The translations under genes and the position numbers were made by a program. From Cyanidioschyzon merolae (Eukaryota), in NCBI GenBank assembly GCA_000091205.1, contig AP006489.2: a stretch of 64,000 bases of DNA; one strand, 5' to 3'. Position 1 is the stretch's first letter. Every line of letters starts with the position of its first letter. A model generated the notes under the pieces. The model was given only the letters and a program-made list of their open reading frames with translations, had not been told where the DNA came from and ran no database searches. Positions 1 to 10,173 of this stretch are shown one piece after another.

Positions 1-620
1 CGAAGCTGCCGAAACTACAAACATTCCAATTGATTTCCGTTTTCTCCCGGATGCGTACGGTGCTAGCGTTTCATTGAGAGCGTCGAAGAATATCTCAGGG
101 TAAATGGGAAACGATGAAAGCCTTCCGACTCTGAAAGATAACCAAAGACTTGTTGGCGTCTGGTCGGGTCTTCCCATACCTAGACAACTTTGTTGCCTCG
201 ATTTCAGGGCGAAAGACGCGTCATCACAGCAGCAGAAGATACGTTCATGAGGCAACGTCCGTATACAGCGCGAGAAAGCATAAAAACAGAACCAACACAA
301 GGGGGATGTGACTGCTCGTCTCTTCATTGGCGAGACGACGGACTCGGAAGCGTACAAAACTCATCTGCGAACATACTTGAGCGTGTTCCCCGAATGACTG
401 AAACACATAACTCGTTCTGGGTTGCAGCGACTGCGATTCCTCCGTCACGTGCTCGAACAGAAAGCAACCCACGGGATTTGGACGCCCGTATGCTACTGAG
501 TGACGAAGAGACGGTCATCGGGTGCGAGAACAGAGTGCGAGCGAGCATAGCGTCCGACCTCTCCGTCGCAAACGCGGTGCACTGACAGCGACAGATCAGA
601 AGCTAAGGGAAATGCCGAAT

Positions 621-635
621 GTGTGTGTGTGTGTG
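621..635. repeat. (GT)n microsatellite
   Basis: Perfect gtgtgtgtgtgtgtg run seen directly in sequence. Confidence 0.9.
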
Positions 636-2552
636 ACGAATATCGATGGTTCCCGGATGTCGACCAGGTGTTCCCGTTGCGCAGGTCGCTGCACGATTGT
701 GAAAGCGATGCCGACGAAGTCCATGACCAGCAAAGAAACGAAAGAAAATGACAGGAGGTCGTATGGTACTCGAACTCACAAACTGCTGCACTGAATGCGT
801 GTCAGATGCGAGGGCAGGAGAGTATTCGCCCACCCGAGGTACAACATGGAACTGTGAGGGCAACGAGTGCCGCAACATTCCGGAGATGTTGCGCATCAGC
901 ACGAGAGGAGGTTAACAACCTGCACGGTTTCGCCGCGCGAGAGACAATGAAAAGCATAGTCCCCAGACGAAAAATCTCACCATCCTCCCAGACCAAAGCT
1001 CTCGAAGCGAAACAAACATTGCATGATCCTGGTTCTCGGATATAACGAGAATAATATTCTGGTACGGTCACAAGGAAGCAAGTGGGATGAAACGACTGTC
1101 CCGCAATGTTTACGCATGCCTGTACGGGATCAGCGAACTGCATCGATAAAGACGCCTTGTATAAGCGTTCAACATTATGCGCATGCTTTGTGCATGCTCT
1201 GAAACACAGTTCGTATCACGGCATACTCGTCGTCAGCGACATCCAAAATTCTAGTCTTTGGTATACGATGACACCTTCTGATGACTGATTCAGGGGCTGT
1301 TGTGGCCTCGGCGCCCGTCGCCTTCATGCTGCAACACCCAGCGCACAGGATTCCCCAGTCCGTATTCAGGTGCTTTCATCTACGGCCAGTGCTCTCTACG
1401 CTGAAACTCCTGATCGCCGACCGCAGCCTACACCCGGAACACCTGACCTATCGAGGCTGGAGCGGCTACGAGTGAATCCCAGCGATTGCTGACCAAGTTC
1501 CTACGTGTTCCTCAATCCAGCGATATACGTTACGTGCGAAGAAAAACTCGAGTCCAAACATGATGCGACCCACCTGAGAAAGCGGCATGTCGCCCGGGCT
1601 TGCACCCTCACGGGGACCAGCGTGTCCCCGATTTGTTTCGTGGCTTTCGCATGGGTTGCAGGAGGCGCGTACCCTCGGACCCGCCGTTTCCTAGAAGGAC
1701 GAGCTTGCGCTTTATAAGATGCGCACCGCTCGCTCGCATCCATACGACGGTAGCGGCTGACGTTTAACTGCTTGTCACGAGCATCTGCGGGACATTTCAG
1801 CTGGTGCAGAGGCTTCGACGCGCTTGTTCGGCGCAGGTGCTGTCTACGGATTGTAGGGGGCACTCGTCAGCCCATGAGACTGCAACGGCATTCGCAGGCG
1901 CCTTGCGTCACACTTTTCAAGTCTGGCCCCTGATATCGTCTTTAGCGATTGACTGGCGGGCAGGACGCTTCGCTAAGTGCAATACGTAGCTTGAAGGAAA
2001 CGCTTAGTGATGCTTTGAAACGCAGGCTTCGTCCGCTGTTGGTCACATACGTCGTTCCGTGGCTAGCTGCTTGGCTCGAGAATCTCTGCAGCGTTTCTGT
2101 AACCCGATATTGCAGAACGTTTATCTGTATCATCATTCCAGCGCCTGCGACAGGGGAATCAGTGCCCCCGCGATCGCGTGATTGCAGAGGGTATATTCGC
2201 ATATCTGCAAGGAGCAAAGCGGAAAGCTGGGTCATGCTTTCGTGTAGTGCCCTCTCCGCATCGATAGCTCAAGTGCCTACGCCAGTGACGCCAAAGTTGC
2301 TGACGGGACTGAGCACGCACGATTTGAACGCGAGTACCGGCGCCGACACTGAACAATGATATCTGAAAGGCCCAGCTTGCAGGGCGTACTGAAACGTCAA
2401 GGCACCTACACCGCCGAGCATCCGCTCGAGCAGGTGCATGCGTTGATATCCAGCGCATGCTGAACCAGAGCCATATGCGCGTCTTCGGTGCCGACGGTAG
2501 ATGGTCGGAGACTCCAATCTCACGGATGTAAACGATGATCAACTCATTGTCG

Positions 2553-3767
2553 TCAGCACGGTACCAGCCGCAACGAGGCGGGAACGCGGGCCACGTCAAT
2601 GTTCATTCGGTACGAAGGCTGTAGTAACGGATCGTTGTCGATCCGCTTGATCAGGTGATGAATCATGTCCGCTCTGAGATACTTGCGAACCAGGGCATCG
2701 ACGACGCGATTTTCAAGCCACGTATCAGGAGCGTGGCTCGGCTCGGTTTCCGCCATATCAATCTGTGGACTCGAGTCTGACGAATCTGGTGATAGGATCG
2801 AAGAAGATGACTGCGCGGATAGCCGAGGCAGGAGACGTGGCGTTTCGTGGACCTCACGAGGGCGCCAGTCTCTGTGTGATCGCTCGGTATCGAGCGCCGT
2901 CGGTTCCCGGTGCCATTTGCCATATCCATTAACCACACTGGACTGTAGCTCGTGTGCAAGTCGATCTAGTTCTGCTTTCAAGCGCTGCGATTGCATTGCT
3001 GCTGCTTGCAGAGCAACATTCGCACTCAGTTGCTTGCGCGCTGCTCTGAATCCATACGCGGAAGATTCCCTACACGTCGGCGAATACCGTCGCCTTGAAC
3101 CCGCTTTCGTCGTCACGGCTGCCGGACCCGGTGTCGGCCAGTCATGATCTATGGGGGTATCCGCGGGCTGCCTCGGGGAAATCGTGGAAATGCTCCCGTC
3201 TGAGAGCATCGTGTCGGGTGTCGCTCGTGACGGTGTTTGTCGCGGCTCTGCGGGGTGAGTTCGCTCCCCAGACCGCGCTTTGCGAGCAAGCCGCCTGGTT
3301 TCAATCACCGTTGGCGTGGAAGCAGTGCTCGGAAAAGATGTGGTGTCTGTTAGAACAAATGAATCACTGTCGAATAGACTACTAGCGAAACTCAAGTCAA
3401 CAGTGCTGAGCTCCAAATCAGCTGGTTCCGTCGACCGCGCTATTACTCTTTCCGTTTGTTGCGCAGGTCGGTAGCGAGACGCCCCGGCGCGTACGGGTTG
3501 GTGCTCCCGCTTACCGCTGGGAGAGGCACTTCGACTGATAGCATCCTCTTCCTCCTCATGTTCTTCCAAAATTCTTTCGATCTCTTCGCTTTCAATGTCC
3601 AAGTCCTCGAGGGACAGCTCCTCCTGTAACTGCCGTAACGTGTCCTCGTCCAACAAGCCTTCGCTTTCTGCGAACAACTCGGACTCTACTTCCGAGGCTG
3701 TGCTATCATCAGAGGCCAGTAACGCATCAAAGCTGCTAGAAGCGGACACGTCACCCAGCTCGGGCAT
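2553..3767 (-). CDS. hypothetical protein, acidic/Ser-rich (404-aa ORF)
   Basis: Uninterrupted 404-codon ORF, which is very unlikely by chance at this GC content. The N-terminal region is highly acidic (…EDTLRQLQEELSLEDLDIESEEIERILEEHEEEED…). No domain is recognised. Confidence 0.4.
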   Translation of the reverse strand: MPELGDVSASSSFDALLASDDSTASEVESELFAESEGLLDEDTLRQLQEELSLEDLDIESEEIERILEEHEEEEDAISRSASPSGKREHQPVRAGASRYRPAQQTERVIARSTEPADLELSTVDLSFASSLFDSDSFVLTDTTSFPSTASTPTVIETRRLARKARSGERTHPAEPRQTPSRATPDTMLSDGSISTISPRQPADTPIDHDWPTPGPAAVTTKAGSRRRYSPTCRESSAYGFRAARKQLSANVALQAAAMQSQRLKAELDRLAHELQSSVVNGYGKWHREPTALDTERSHRDWRPREVHETPRLLPRLSAQSSSSILSPDSSDSSPQIDMAETEPSHAPDTWLENRVVDALVRKYLRADMIHHLIKRIDNDPLLQPSYRMNIDVARVPASLRLVPC

Positions 3768-4135
3768 TCAAGCGCTCTGCGAAGGCTCTTCCTTCCAAAG
3801 ACACCAGTGCCGGTTCGAACTCGCCCGTTCGTCTGTGAACACGCGCCTCAATCACCGCAACTACCCCCAAAAAGCAGCTTTCTTTTCGAATCCACCTTGC
3901 CTCGAGGTACGCAGCAGCCCAGGATACCTGAGACGTATCGCCAACCAAGAGGCGCTGCTCCGACCGCGTTACAAACGGGATCCAGCAGGCGTCGCCAGCA
4001 GCCAGCAGCCGGCCGGCGTCATCTGCTTCGCGCACGCCTGCGCACGCCCGCGCGAGCACCGTTTGGAGTGCCGTGGCGTTGTTGACGGCGCGCGCGCGCA
4101 CGCGCCAATCTCGCATCCATGCACACGATAGATAC

Positions 4136-4215
4136 GCAGCTGCCTTTCAAATCGCAAGAGCGATCAGAGCAGCTGCCTTTCAAATTGCATGAGCGATCAG
4201 AGCAGCTGCCTGATG
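4136..4215. repeat. 33-bp tandem repeat (about 2.2 copies), each unit carrying a palindromic CAGCTG E-box-like core
   Basis: The unit agcagctgcctttcaaat[c/t]gca[a/t]gagcgatcag recurs at 33-bp spacing about 770 bp upstream of the GTPase ORF. Confidence 0.8.
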
Positions 4216-4980
4216 CCATCCGAGCAACAGCATGGGTGACAGGGCTCGGGGTTCGGGCGTGTGGATCGATCGATGGATGCTTCGCCGCGCGCTGACCAGC
4301 AAGCGCGCAGTCGAGGAACGCTGAACAGGGTCAACTATTTCCAAAATTAAAACATAAAACAATCACTGCGCTGGTAGTGAACGTCCAGCGTTCTGAGGTT
4401 GCGCGATGCGCGCGAACGCCACGGGCTGTATGCACCTGGGCAGCTCGGGCGTGCGGATCTCTATAGCGCCACCGCCGCCGTCGCAGCAGCAGCCGCAGCT
4501 GCACGTGTCAAGCTGGAGGCTTGTCTGCCAGCTGGGGTCAGCGAGCAGGAACGCAAGACGTGCTTCGCTCACGGGACGTTGCGTCTCGAGACCGCTGTGT
4601 TCTTCGGAACTGGGTGATTTGAAGAGTGCTCACAAACCGTTGGGCCTATTTGGGTTCTCGTGTGAGGGTTTCGTGGAGGTTCCAACGGCGCCTTGAGGTC
4701 GGGTGCTCCTCCCAGACGCACAGCGCTTGCGCCAGGGGGGTGTCTGGTGCGGTTCCCGCTTAGGGAAACGGTGCACCCTATTTTGACAGTTTGTGGTTGC
4801 CGGTGTATTCGTGTGAGAGAAACCGTGGTACGCAGTGTTGTGCTTCAGCCGAGTGGCGCCGGTCGGAAGCCATTGTGATTGTTGATTCTGCGCTAAAGCT
4901 TCGTTTGGGAGCTTTGTGTGTGTGTGTTTGTTTGTGTGTGAATAGGTTCTCGATAACGGGAACAAAGCGCGATAGGGGAC

Positions 4981-5877
4981 ATGTCTGAGTGGAACGAGGT
5001 TGTCTCGCCGAGGCGCCTGGTGTCTGTCAGCCCGCACGGAGAACCAATGACTCGAGCAGAATCGCCGCTGAGAGGTAGTCCGGAGGCGCGGACGCAGCAG
5101 CACGAGGAGGTCGCGCTCGAGCTTGCGAGGGGGGATGTGCCGGCGGAGCCGACGGATGCTGTAGATGAGGCAGCAAGTACGCTAGCCGCTCAAACACTGG
5201 ACGAGAATGAGGTTGAGCAGACTCCCAGCTCACCTCCTTCGTCCTCGTCTGTGTCGATGGGATTCGGAGGCGAGGCGCCGTACCTTGCCCGTCGTCCGCG
5301 CCGATCCTCGCTAACCCTCAAAGTGGGCATGGTGGGCGATGCCGGTTGCGGGAAAACTTCCCTTATGGTGCGATACTGCGAAGGCCACTTCGACGAGGAC
5401 TATATCATGACACTAGGAGTGAATTTTCTTGAACGCTCCGTTTCTCTGCGGCACACAGACATCGTGTTCTCTGTCTGGGATCTGGGAGGTCAAAGTGAAT
5501 TCCGAACGATGCTTCCCCTGGTGACCAGTGACGCCGCAGCCATGCTTTTTATTTTCGACCTCACGAGAAAAACGACGTTGATCTCCATTCGAGACTGGTA
5601 CCAGCAGGTACGATTACTCAACGTCACAGCGGTTCCGATTCTGGTAGGCAACAAGTACGACCTGTTTATATCACTTGCGGCTGATCAGCAGGCTTCGATT
5701 GTTCGTCGAGCCCGGAAATACGCACGTGCCATGCATGCGCCGCTGGTTTTTTGCAGTGCAAGCCATTGTGTTCAAGTGCAGCGAGTTTTCAAGTTGGTTC
5801 TCGTCCGGCTTTTCGATCTTCAGCCGGCTTTCGAGCGCCAAACTGATGCAGCACGAGGCCCACTGTGCGAATGGTAG
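4981..5877 (+). CDS. Spg1/Tem1-like small GTPase with about 110-aa N-terminal extension
   Basis: P-loop GDAGCGKTSL, switch/G-motifs WDLGGQSEF and VGNKYD. Strong collinear similarity to the fungal septation GTPase Spg1/Tem1 (…SLMVRYCEGHFDEDYIMTLGVNFLE…AVPILVGNKYDLF…). Which of two candidate Met codons is the start is uncertain. Confidence 0.75.
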   Translation: MSEWNEVVSPRRLVSVSPHGEPMTRAESPLRGSPEARTQQHEEVALELARGDVPAEPTDAVDEAASTLAAQTLDENEVEQTPSSPPSSSSVSMGFGGEAPYLARRPRRSSLTLKVGMVGDAGCGKTSLMVRYCEGHFDEDYIMTLGVNFLERSVSLRHTDIVFSVWDLGGQSEFRTMLPLVTSDAAAMLFIFDLTRKTTLISIRDWYQQVRLLNVTAVPILVGNKYDLFISLAADQQASIVRRARKYARAMHAPLVFCSASHCVQVQRVFKLVLVRLFDLQPAFERQTDAARGPLCEW

Positions 5878-6865
5878 ATACCAAACCAGGCAGTGAGCGA
5901 GCCCCGAGGAGACGCATTGAATCACACCGCTTTCGTGCCGCTCGCCAAGAATCTATTTGCATGGCCAGTCGGTGCGACCGTCGGAACAAGCTACGCCCCA
6001 GAATCCCTCGTCATTCATCTCTACTGCGCGAATATAGACAGCACGTAAGAATCTATAATCCTGCCGCCGACTCGATTGACATGCAGTAGCGCAGGCGACT
6101 AGGCGGCGTATCGACGCCGGAGGCAAGTCTTTTCAGGGACGTGTGCTGCGGCCATCATCAAAATCACAGCATAGCGCTCCTTTACTCTGGTGATTTTCGG
6201 GTTTATGCTGGAGCAATCGCGAAGCACGACAAGGCATCATGTACAAGCGTCACCCATGCATGGTACAAGGGGGCATATTTTTAGTACCATAAGCAGTTGC
6301 GACACATGGCCTCCCACGGACACATTTCACCATCTCCACAGCAGATCGATCTCAAACTGCGAGCTTCTTCCGCGCAGCGCATATACACGATCGGGACCAC
6401 TGTTTCTCTCATCGTTGCGGTAGCTCGCAAAACCCGCTGGTCATGTACTGGGCTCATACGATCACGCTTTTGGTCATGGTTTTCACGAGGTTGCCACTAG
6501 CCCTATCCATATCTGTGCAGCAGCGCTGTTCCATACCAGGGAATGCTCCTAAACTAAGAAGATGCCCGTAGCGCCAAATCCGCCGCTGTTAGCGTGGCCC
6601 TAAAAATGCCACGCGTACCCGGTCCCTGTGATATCAACAGAAGCATGTGGGTGCCTATAGCTCTGACTTGCACGGTTCGCAGGAGCAAAAATGTTCACGG
6701 GTACATGATAAGATACTCGGCACCAAAGTCCGCAGCCGAGAAGCTATACCACACATCTGCGGCCCTTTGTTTTGTCTCACGCACGCCTTGCCTCGATGCC
6801 CTAGCAAGTCCGGCTGCAAGATCGCCGCCGGCGCGCGCTCATCTGTCTTGTGTCTAAGAGAGGAG

Positions 6866-7381
6866 CTAGCTTCCATGCTCATCAAAGCTTGAGCGAAACT
6901 GGACAAACTCAAGCAAACTCTTCACGAAGCACGCAAACTCGCCCGCCGAAGCAAGCACTCCCGAGAGCCTCTCCATGCGCTTCGTGCGACTCACGCGCGG
7001 CTCCACGATAAACTCTATGGTCTCTCGCTGCTGCTGAACCTGTGCGCGCAAATACTCTAGCGTAGCCTGGTCTTCTACAGAGTCTGCTGTCTGGCCGCTC
7101 GAGCTGTTGTTTACCAGAAGCGCGAGCCGCTTCGCGAACGACTCGGCGCGTGCTGCGGGGTCACGCTCGGGCACCGCGACCCCTTTCGTACGTTTCCAGG
7201 TTGGAGCGCGTTGTGCACCCAGCGTTCTGTACTGACTCGAACAGCGAGGCACATGTTCTTGGAAACACTGTGCACTACCGTAGCGCACCCCGCAGACTGG
7301 ACATCGGTACTTGCTACTGCAGTCGACGCTTGCCCCGAGTCGTGTCCCTGAACACACCTCGCAGCGCCCTGTTTTGTCCAT
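6866..7381 (-). CDS. small zinc-finger (C2HC, UBZ-like) plus coiled-coil protein, hypothetical
   Basis: 171-aa ORF. The N-terminus has CxxC…CPVCGVRYGSAQCFQEHVPRC (a C-x2-C-x12-H-x3-C pattern), followed by a Gln/Glu-rich predicted coiled coil. It is only moderately longer than chance ORFs. Confidence 0.35.
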   Translation of the reverse strand: MDKTGRCEVCSGTRLGASVDCSSKYRCPVCGVRYGSAQCFQEHVPRCSSQYRTLGAQRAPTWKRTKGVAVPERDPAARAESFAKRLALLVNNSSSGQTADSVEDQATLEYLRAQVQQQRETIEFIVEPRVSRTKRMERLSGVLASAGEFACFVKSLLEFVQFRSSFDEHGS

Positions 7382-7557
7382 GAATGATGCTTCGGCTCAG
7401 TGTCTCGACGTTTCCATCAGTAGCTTGACTATGATCGAGTAGGAAGATGCTTGCCTCGTGTTTTTGAGCGCTATCCACACTGCACGCGTAGCACGGAGCA
7501 ATCCAAGCGTAATTGATCGTACGTATGGCAAGCGGTTTACGCTGCAGATTTCTGGGT

Positions 7558-7558
<1 letters not shown>

Positions 7559-7642
<84 letters not shown>

Positions 7643-7644
7643 CG
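7559..7644. repeat. (CACG)n microsatellite, about 21 units
   Basis: Perfect cacgcacg… tract. It generates artefactual RTHA and VRAC repeat ORFs on both strands. Confidence 0.95.
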
Positions 7645-7780
7645 TTCGCATGCGTGCCTATGGACACGTGTCCATTGGGGTATCCATGATCGTTTTTGGG
7701 GTAGCGCGCCTCGACCCATCGTATTGCACAGCTATCTTGACTGGGTGTGTGTGTGTGTGTCCGTGCATAGCGACCAAACA

Positions 7781-8803
7781 ATGCCGCCACCTGGCCCGAT
7801 CGCAGCACTCCGGGACCGCGTATCTTCCATTTTGTTTGATTTTAAGGATGCCACAGAGGTACTGGCCGAAGAGGAGGCGCACCTGGGTCGGCGCTCTGGC
7901 CAGGCGCTCTACAGAGCGCTCGTTGCACTTGAACAAGCCCAGGGGGCGTTTCTTCGCACAAGCGAACGAACACTGGCCTATTGTACCGCTTGGAGCGGTT
8001 TGGCTCGTGCGCTGCGCGCGCTTGCCGAACCCTTGTCGGCCGGTGACCTGGTACCACTCGCGTTTCGGGTTGAGCACGAGGAGCGTGTTGTCGCGCAGTT
8101 ACAAACTGGAGGTGCTTGCGGCGCAACTGCCGAGTCCATAGAGCGCACAGCGAACCGGTTGCGCAACCGGTTGCGCTCACTTCGGGGAGAACTGGACACC
8201 GTGGTCGTGCAGGAGTCGCTTTCGTCGCGGAAAGCACAGTACCGACGCGCGCGAGACAACTATCGCAAACAGCAGGATGAGGCGGCGTTGGAGGTCTGGC
8301 GTGAGGCCAGCCTCGAGTTGCAGACAGCCGCAGTGCGAGCGGTGCAGCGCTTCAGCGATGCTGTCGATGAGGTTGTTAGTATGGTCGCACGCTCCACTTA
8401 TCATATTGGACGCATGCTATCCGAAGAGTGGCGGGAGGCCGCCGCTGCCGTTGTTGGTCTGGACGAGGTTTTTGCAGAGGAAGCCTCTGAGGCAGCGGAT
8501 GCCGCGTTTGCACCGGTGTCTGCAGTGAGGCATGTCGAGGACACTACGAACGCGGATGCGCCAGTGGAAGCGCCGAAGGCGCCAGGGCAGTCGTCAGCGA
8601 CCGCTGCCGACGAGCGTCTCTCCGCCAGCGCGCCTGTTTCTGCATCCGTGCTGCCCAGGAGCAGCACCGGGCCTACCGGTGACGAGCCGGATACCGGGGC
8701 GGCTTTCACGCTTTACGACGAGCTCGATGCAACATTTGACGCTTATTCGAAGGAGGAACCACAAGAACCAGCATCATCATCATCATCATCACCGCAGCAA
8801 TGA
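7781..8803 (+). CDS. hypothetical coiled-coil protein (340 aa) with a C-terminal Ser run encoded by (CAT)n
   Basis: The ORF 7556..8803 starts inside the microsatellite, so the first plausible start is the ATG at 7781 (MPPPGPIAALRDR…). It is uninterrupted for 340 codons and has no recognised domain. Confidence 0.5.
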   Translation: MPPPGPIAALRDRVSSILFDFKDATEVLAEEEAHLGRRSGQALYRALVALEQAQGAFLRTSERTLAYCTAWSGLARALRALAEPLSAGDLVPLAFRVEHEERVVAQLQTGGACGATAESIERTANRLRNRLRSLRGELDTVVVQESLSSRKAQYRRARDNYRKQQDEAALEVWREASLELQTAAVRAVQRFSDAVDEVVSMVARSTYHIGRMLSEEWREAAAAVVGLDEVFAEEASEAADAAFAPVSAVRHVEDTTNADAPVEAPKAPGQSSATAADERLSASAPVSASVLPRSSTGPTGDEPDTGAAFTLYDELDATFDAYSKEEPQEPASSSSSSPQQ

Positions 8804-8925
8804 CCTGATTCGTTGCCGTCTTCGAATCATGCCTGGTCCAGGGTAATCCAAAGCCAGCCAGCCAGCCAGCAGACCCGGAGCTAAGGAAGCCGGTTTCGGC
8901 GAAGGGGGCGCAGCTTCAAACCAGT

Positions 8926-10173
8926 TCAAAGCGACTCCTTCTCAGCGGTCATTGACCATATTTCCTTCCCGCGCAGGCGCTGACGGCTGCGCTGTCTATT
9001 CCGACGCGGCCGGAAACCCTGACCGAGAGTTATACGTATAGTGCTTTGCAGCGGAGTCAACGGCCTCCTGCTGTTGCTAGTGCAATGGCGCCCGCAATCA
9101 ATGTGTTGCGTCCGCGGCCGGAGTTCAGCAGCCACGCAGTATTGACGCCAGTTTTGCATAAAACGCGAATCTGGGGATCCTCGATCAGAATCAATGTTCA
9201 CAATTACTTCCGGATGGAAAAACGAACAAAGCGCCACCAACTGTGCACCGTTCGCGACGCAGGAGAAAAGGCCCCGGCACACCGGCCCCAAACCCGTCCG
9301 CTTTGCAATCGAGACAACGGGGCCTCGAAGGGTCGAGACATTCTCCGCACGACGCATGATTTCCGACGGGATTGGCTCTCGGATCTCACGCCACGAGACA
9401 TTTCTGCGTCGCATCGTCGACCCGAGCCTCCCGGTCGAGTCTACCGACACGTTGACGAGGGGTTTTGCGTTCGAGCGACGCTGCTTGGCATCCGAACCGC
9501 GGATTCCTAAAAGGTCTGCGAATGAACATCTGCCTGCGGCTTGTTGCTCTATGCCAGTGGCGCGACAGTAGAAGGCACGCTCGTGCGACATTGCTTTCGT
9601 TGATGCGATCATGAGTTCCAGCCGCTGTTTCCAAGCGATTTCGCGACGCATTTGCAGAAGGTGGGCCATGAAAATCACGGGCCCCTTGATTCGCCACATC
9701 AAACTCAACGCCAAACCAGAATCCCTACCGCTATGCACGCTAGCCGCGCTAGACAGCACGATCAACTGGAAAAACCAAACATACAGGCGTCTCGAAGCGC
9801 GCCTGATGGAGGACAAACCCGCAGCCGCACATTGCAGATTGCACCAAGCCAGCCAACGGTCTCGAGCCTGCCTCAGCTTAACTCGCGAATCGTCAGTTCC
9901 GAGAGCCACAGTTGATGCACGAGTTTGAAGAGAGCTGCACTCACGCTCACTTTGTAGGGTGTCGGATTCAATGGACGCTTGTAATCGTACCGAAGCGCCT
10001 GCACCTGCTCTCGGCAACGTCGACGAGCCAGCTGAAGACGATCCCGGTCGCTCGCTGTACTCGCGAGGGCATCCTCTGGCATGACGGTACCGTTGATGAG
10101 GCGCAAGTGCAGAATTTCCTCCACTCTCGATGGAGTCATGTAGCATCGTTTGTGTTCTTCGTATGGATGGCAA
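8926..10173 (-). CDS. questionable ORF whose 5' 300 nt overlap the NAPRT 3' end in another frame; hypothetical at best
   Basis: 415-codon ORF. The first about 100 codons overlap the conserved NAPRT C-terminus on the same strand, so any real gene would start downstream of 9873. Its composition is low-complexity. Confidence 0.2.
   Translation of the reverse strand: MPSIRRTQTMLHDSIESGGNSALAPHQRYRHARGCPREYSERPGSSSAGSSTLPRAGAGASVRLQASIESDTLQSERECSSLQTRASTVALGTDDSRVKLRQARDRWLAWCNLQCAAAGLSSIRRASRRLYVWFFQLIVLSSAASVHSGRDSGLALSLMWRIKGPVIFMAHLLQMRREIAWKQRLELMIASTKAMSHERAFYCRATGIEQQAAGRCSFADLLGIRGSDAKQRRSNAKPLVNVSVDSTGRLGSTMRRRNVSWREIREPIPSEIMRRAENVSTLRGPVVSIAKRTGLGPVCRGLFSCVANGAQLVALCSFFHPEVIVNIDSDRGSPDSRFMQNWRQYCVAAELRPRTQHIDCGRHCTSNSRRPLTPLQSTIRITLGQGFRPRRNRQRSRQRLRGKEIWSMTAEKESL

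Noticed and set aside
3795-3815. tRNA T-loop-like motif ggttcgaac (also near 17870 and 57400)
   Set aside because: No complementary acceptor stem or cloverleaf could be assembled around any of them. The one at 3795-3815 lies inside a long ORF (2553..3767).
7314-8141. ORFs 7314..7808(-), 7397..7651(-), 7537..7719(-) and 7458..8141(+) encoding (VRAC)n or (RTHA)n repeats
   Set aside because: They are translations of the (CACG)n microsatellite in different frames and strands, not genes.
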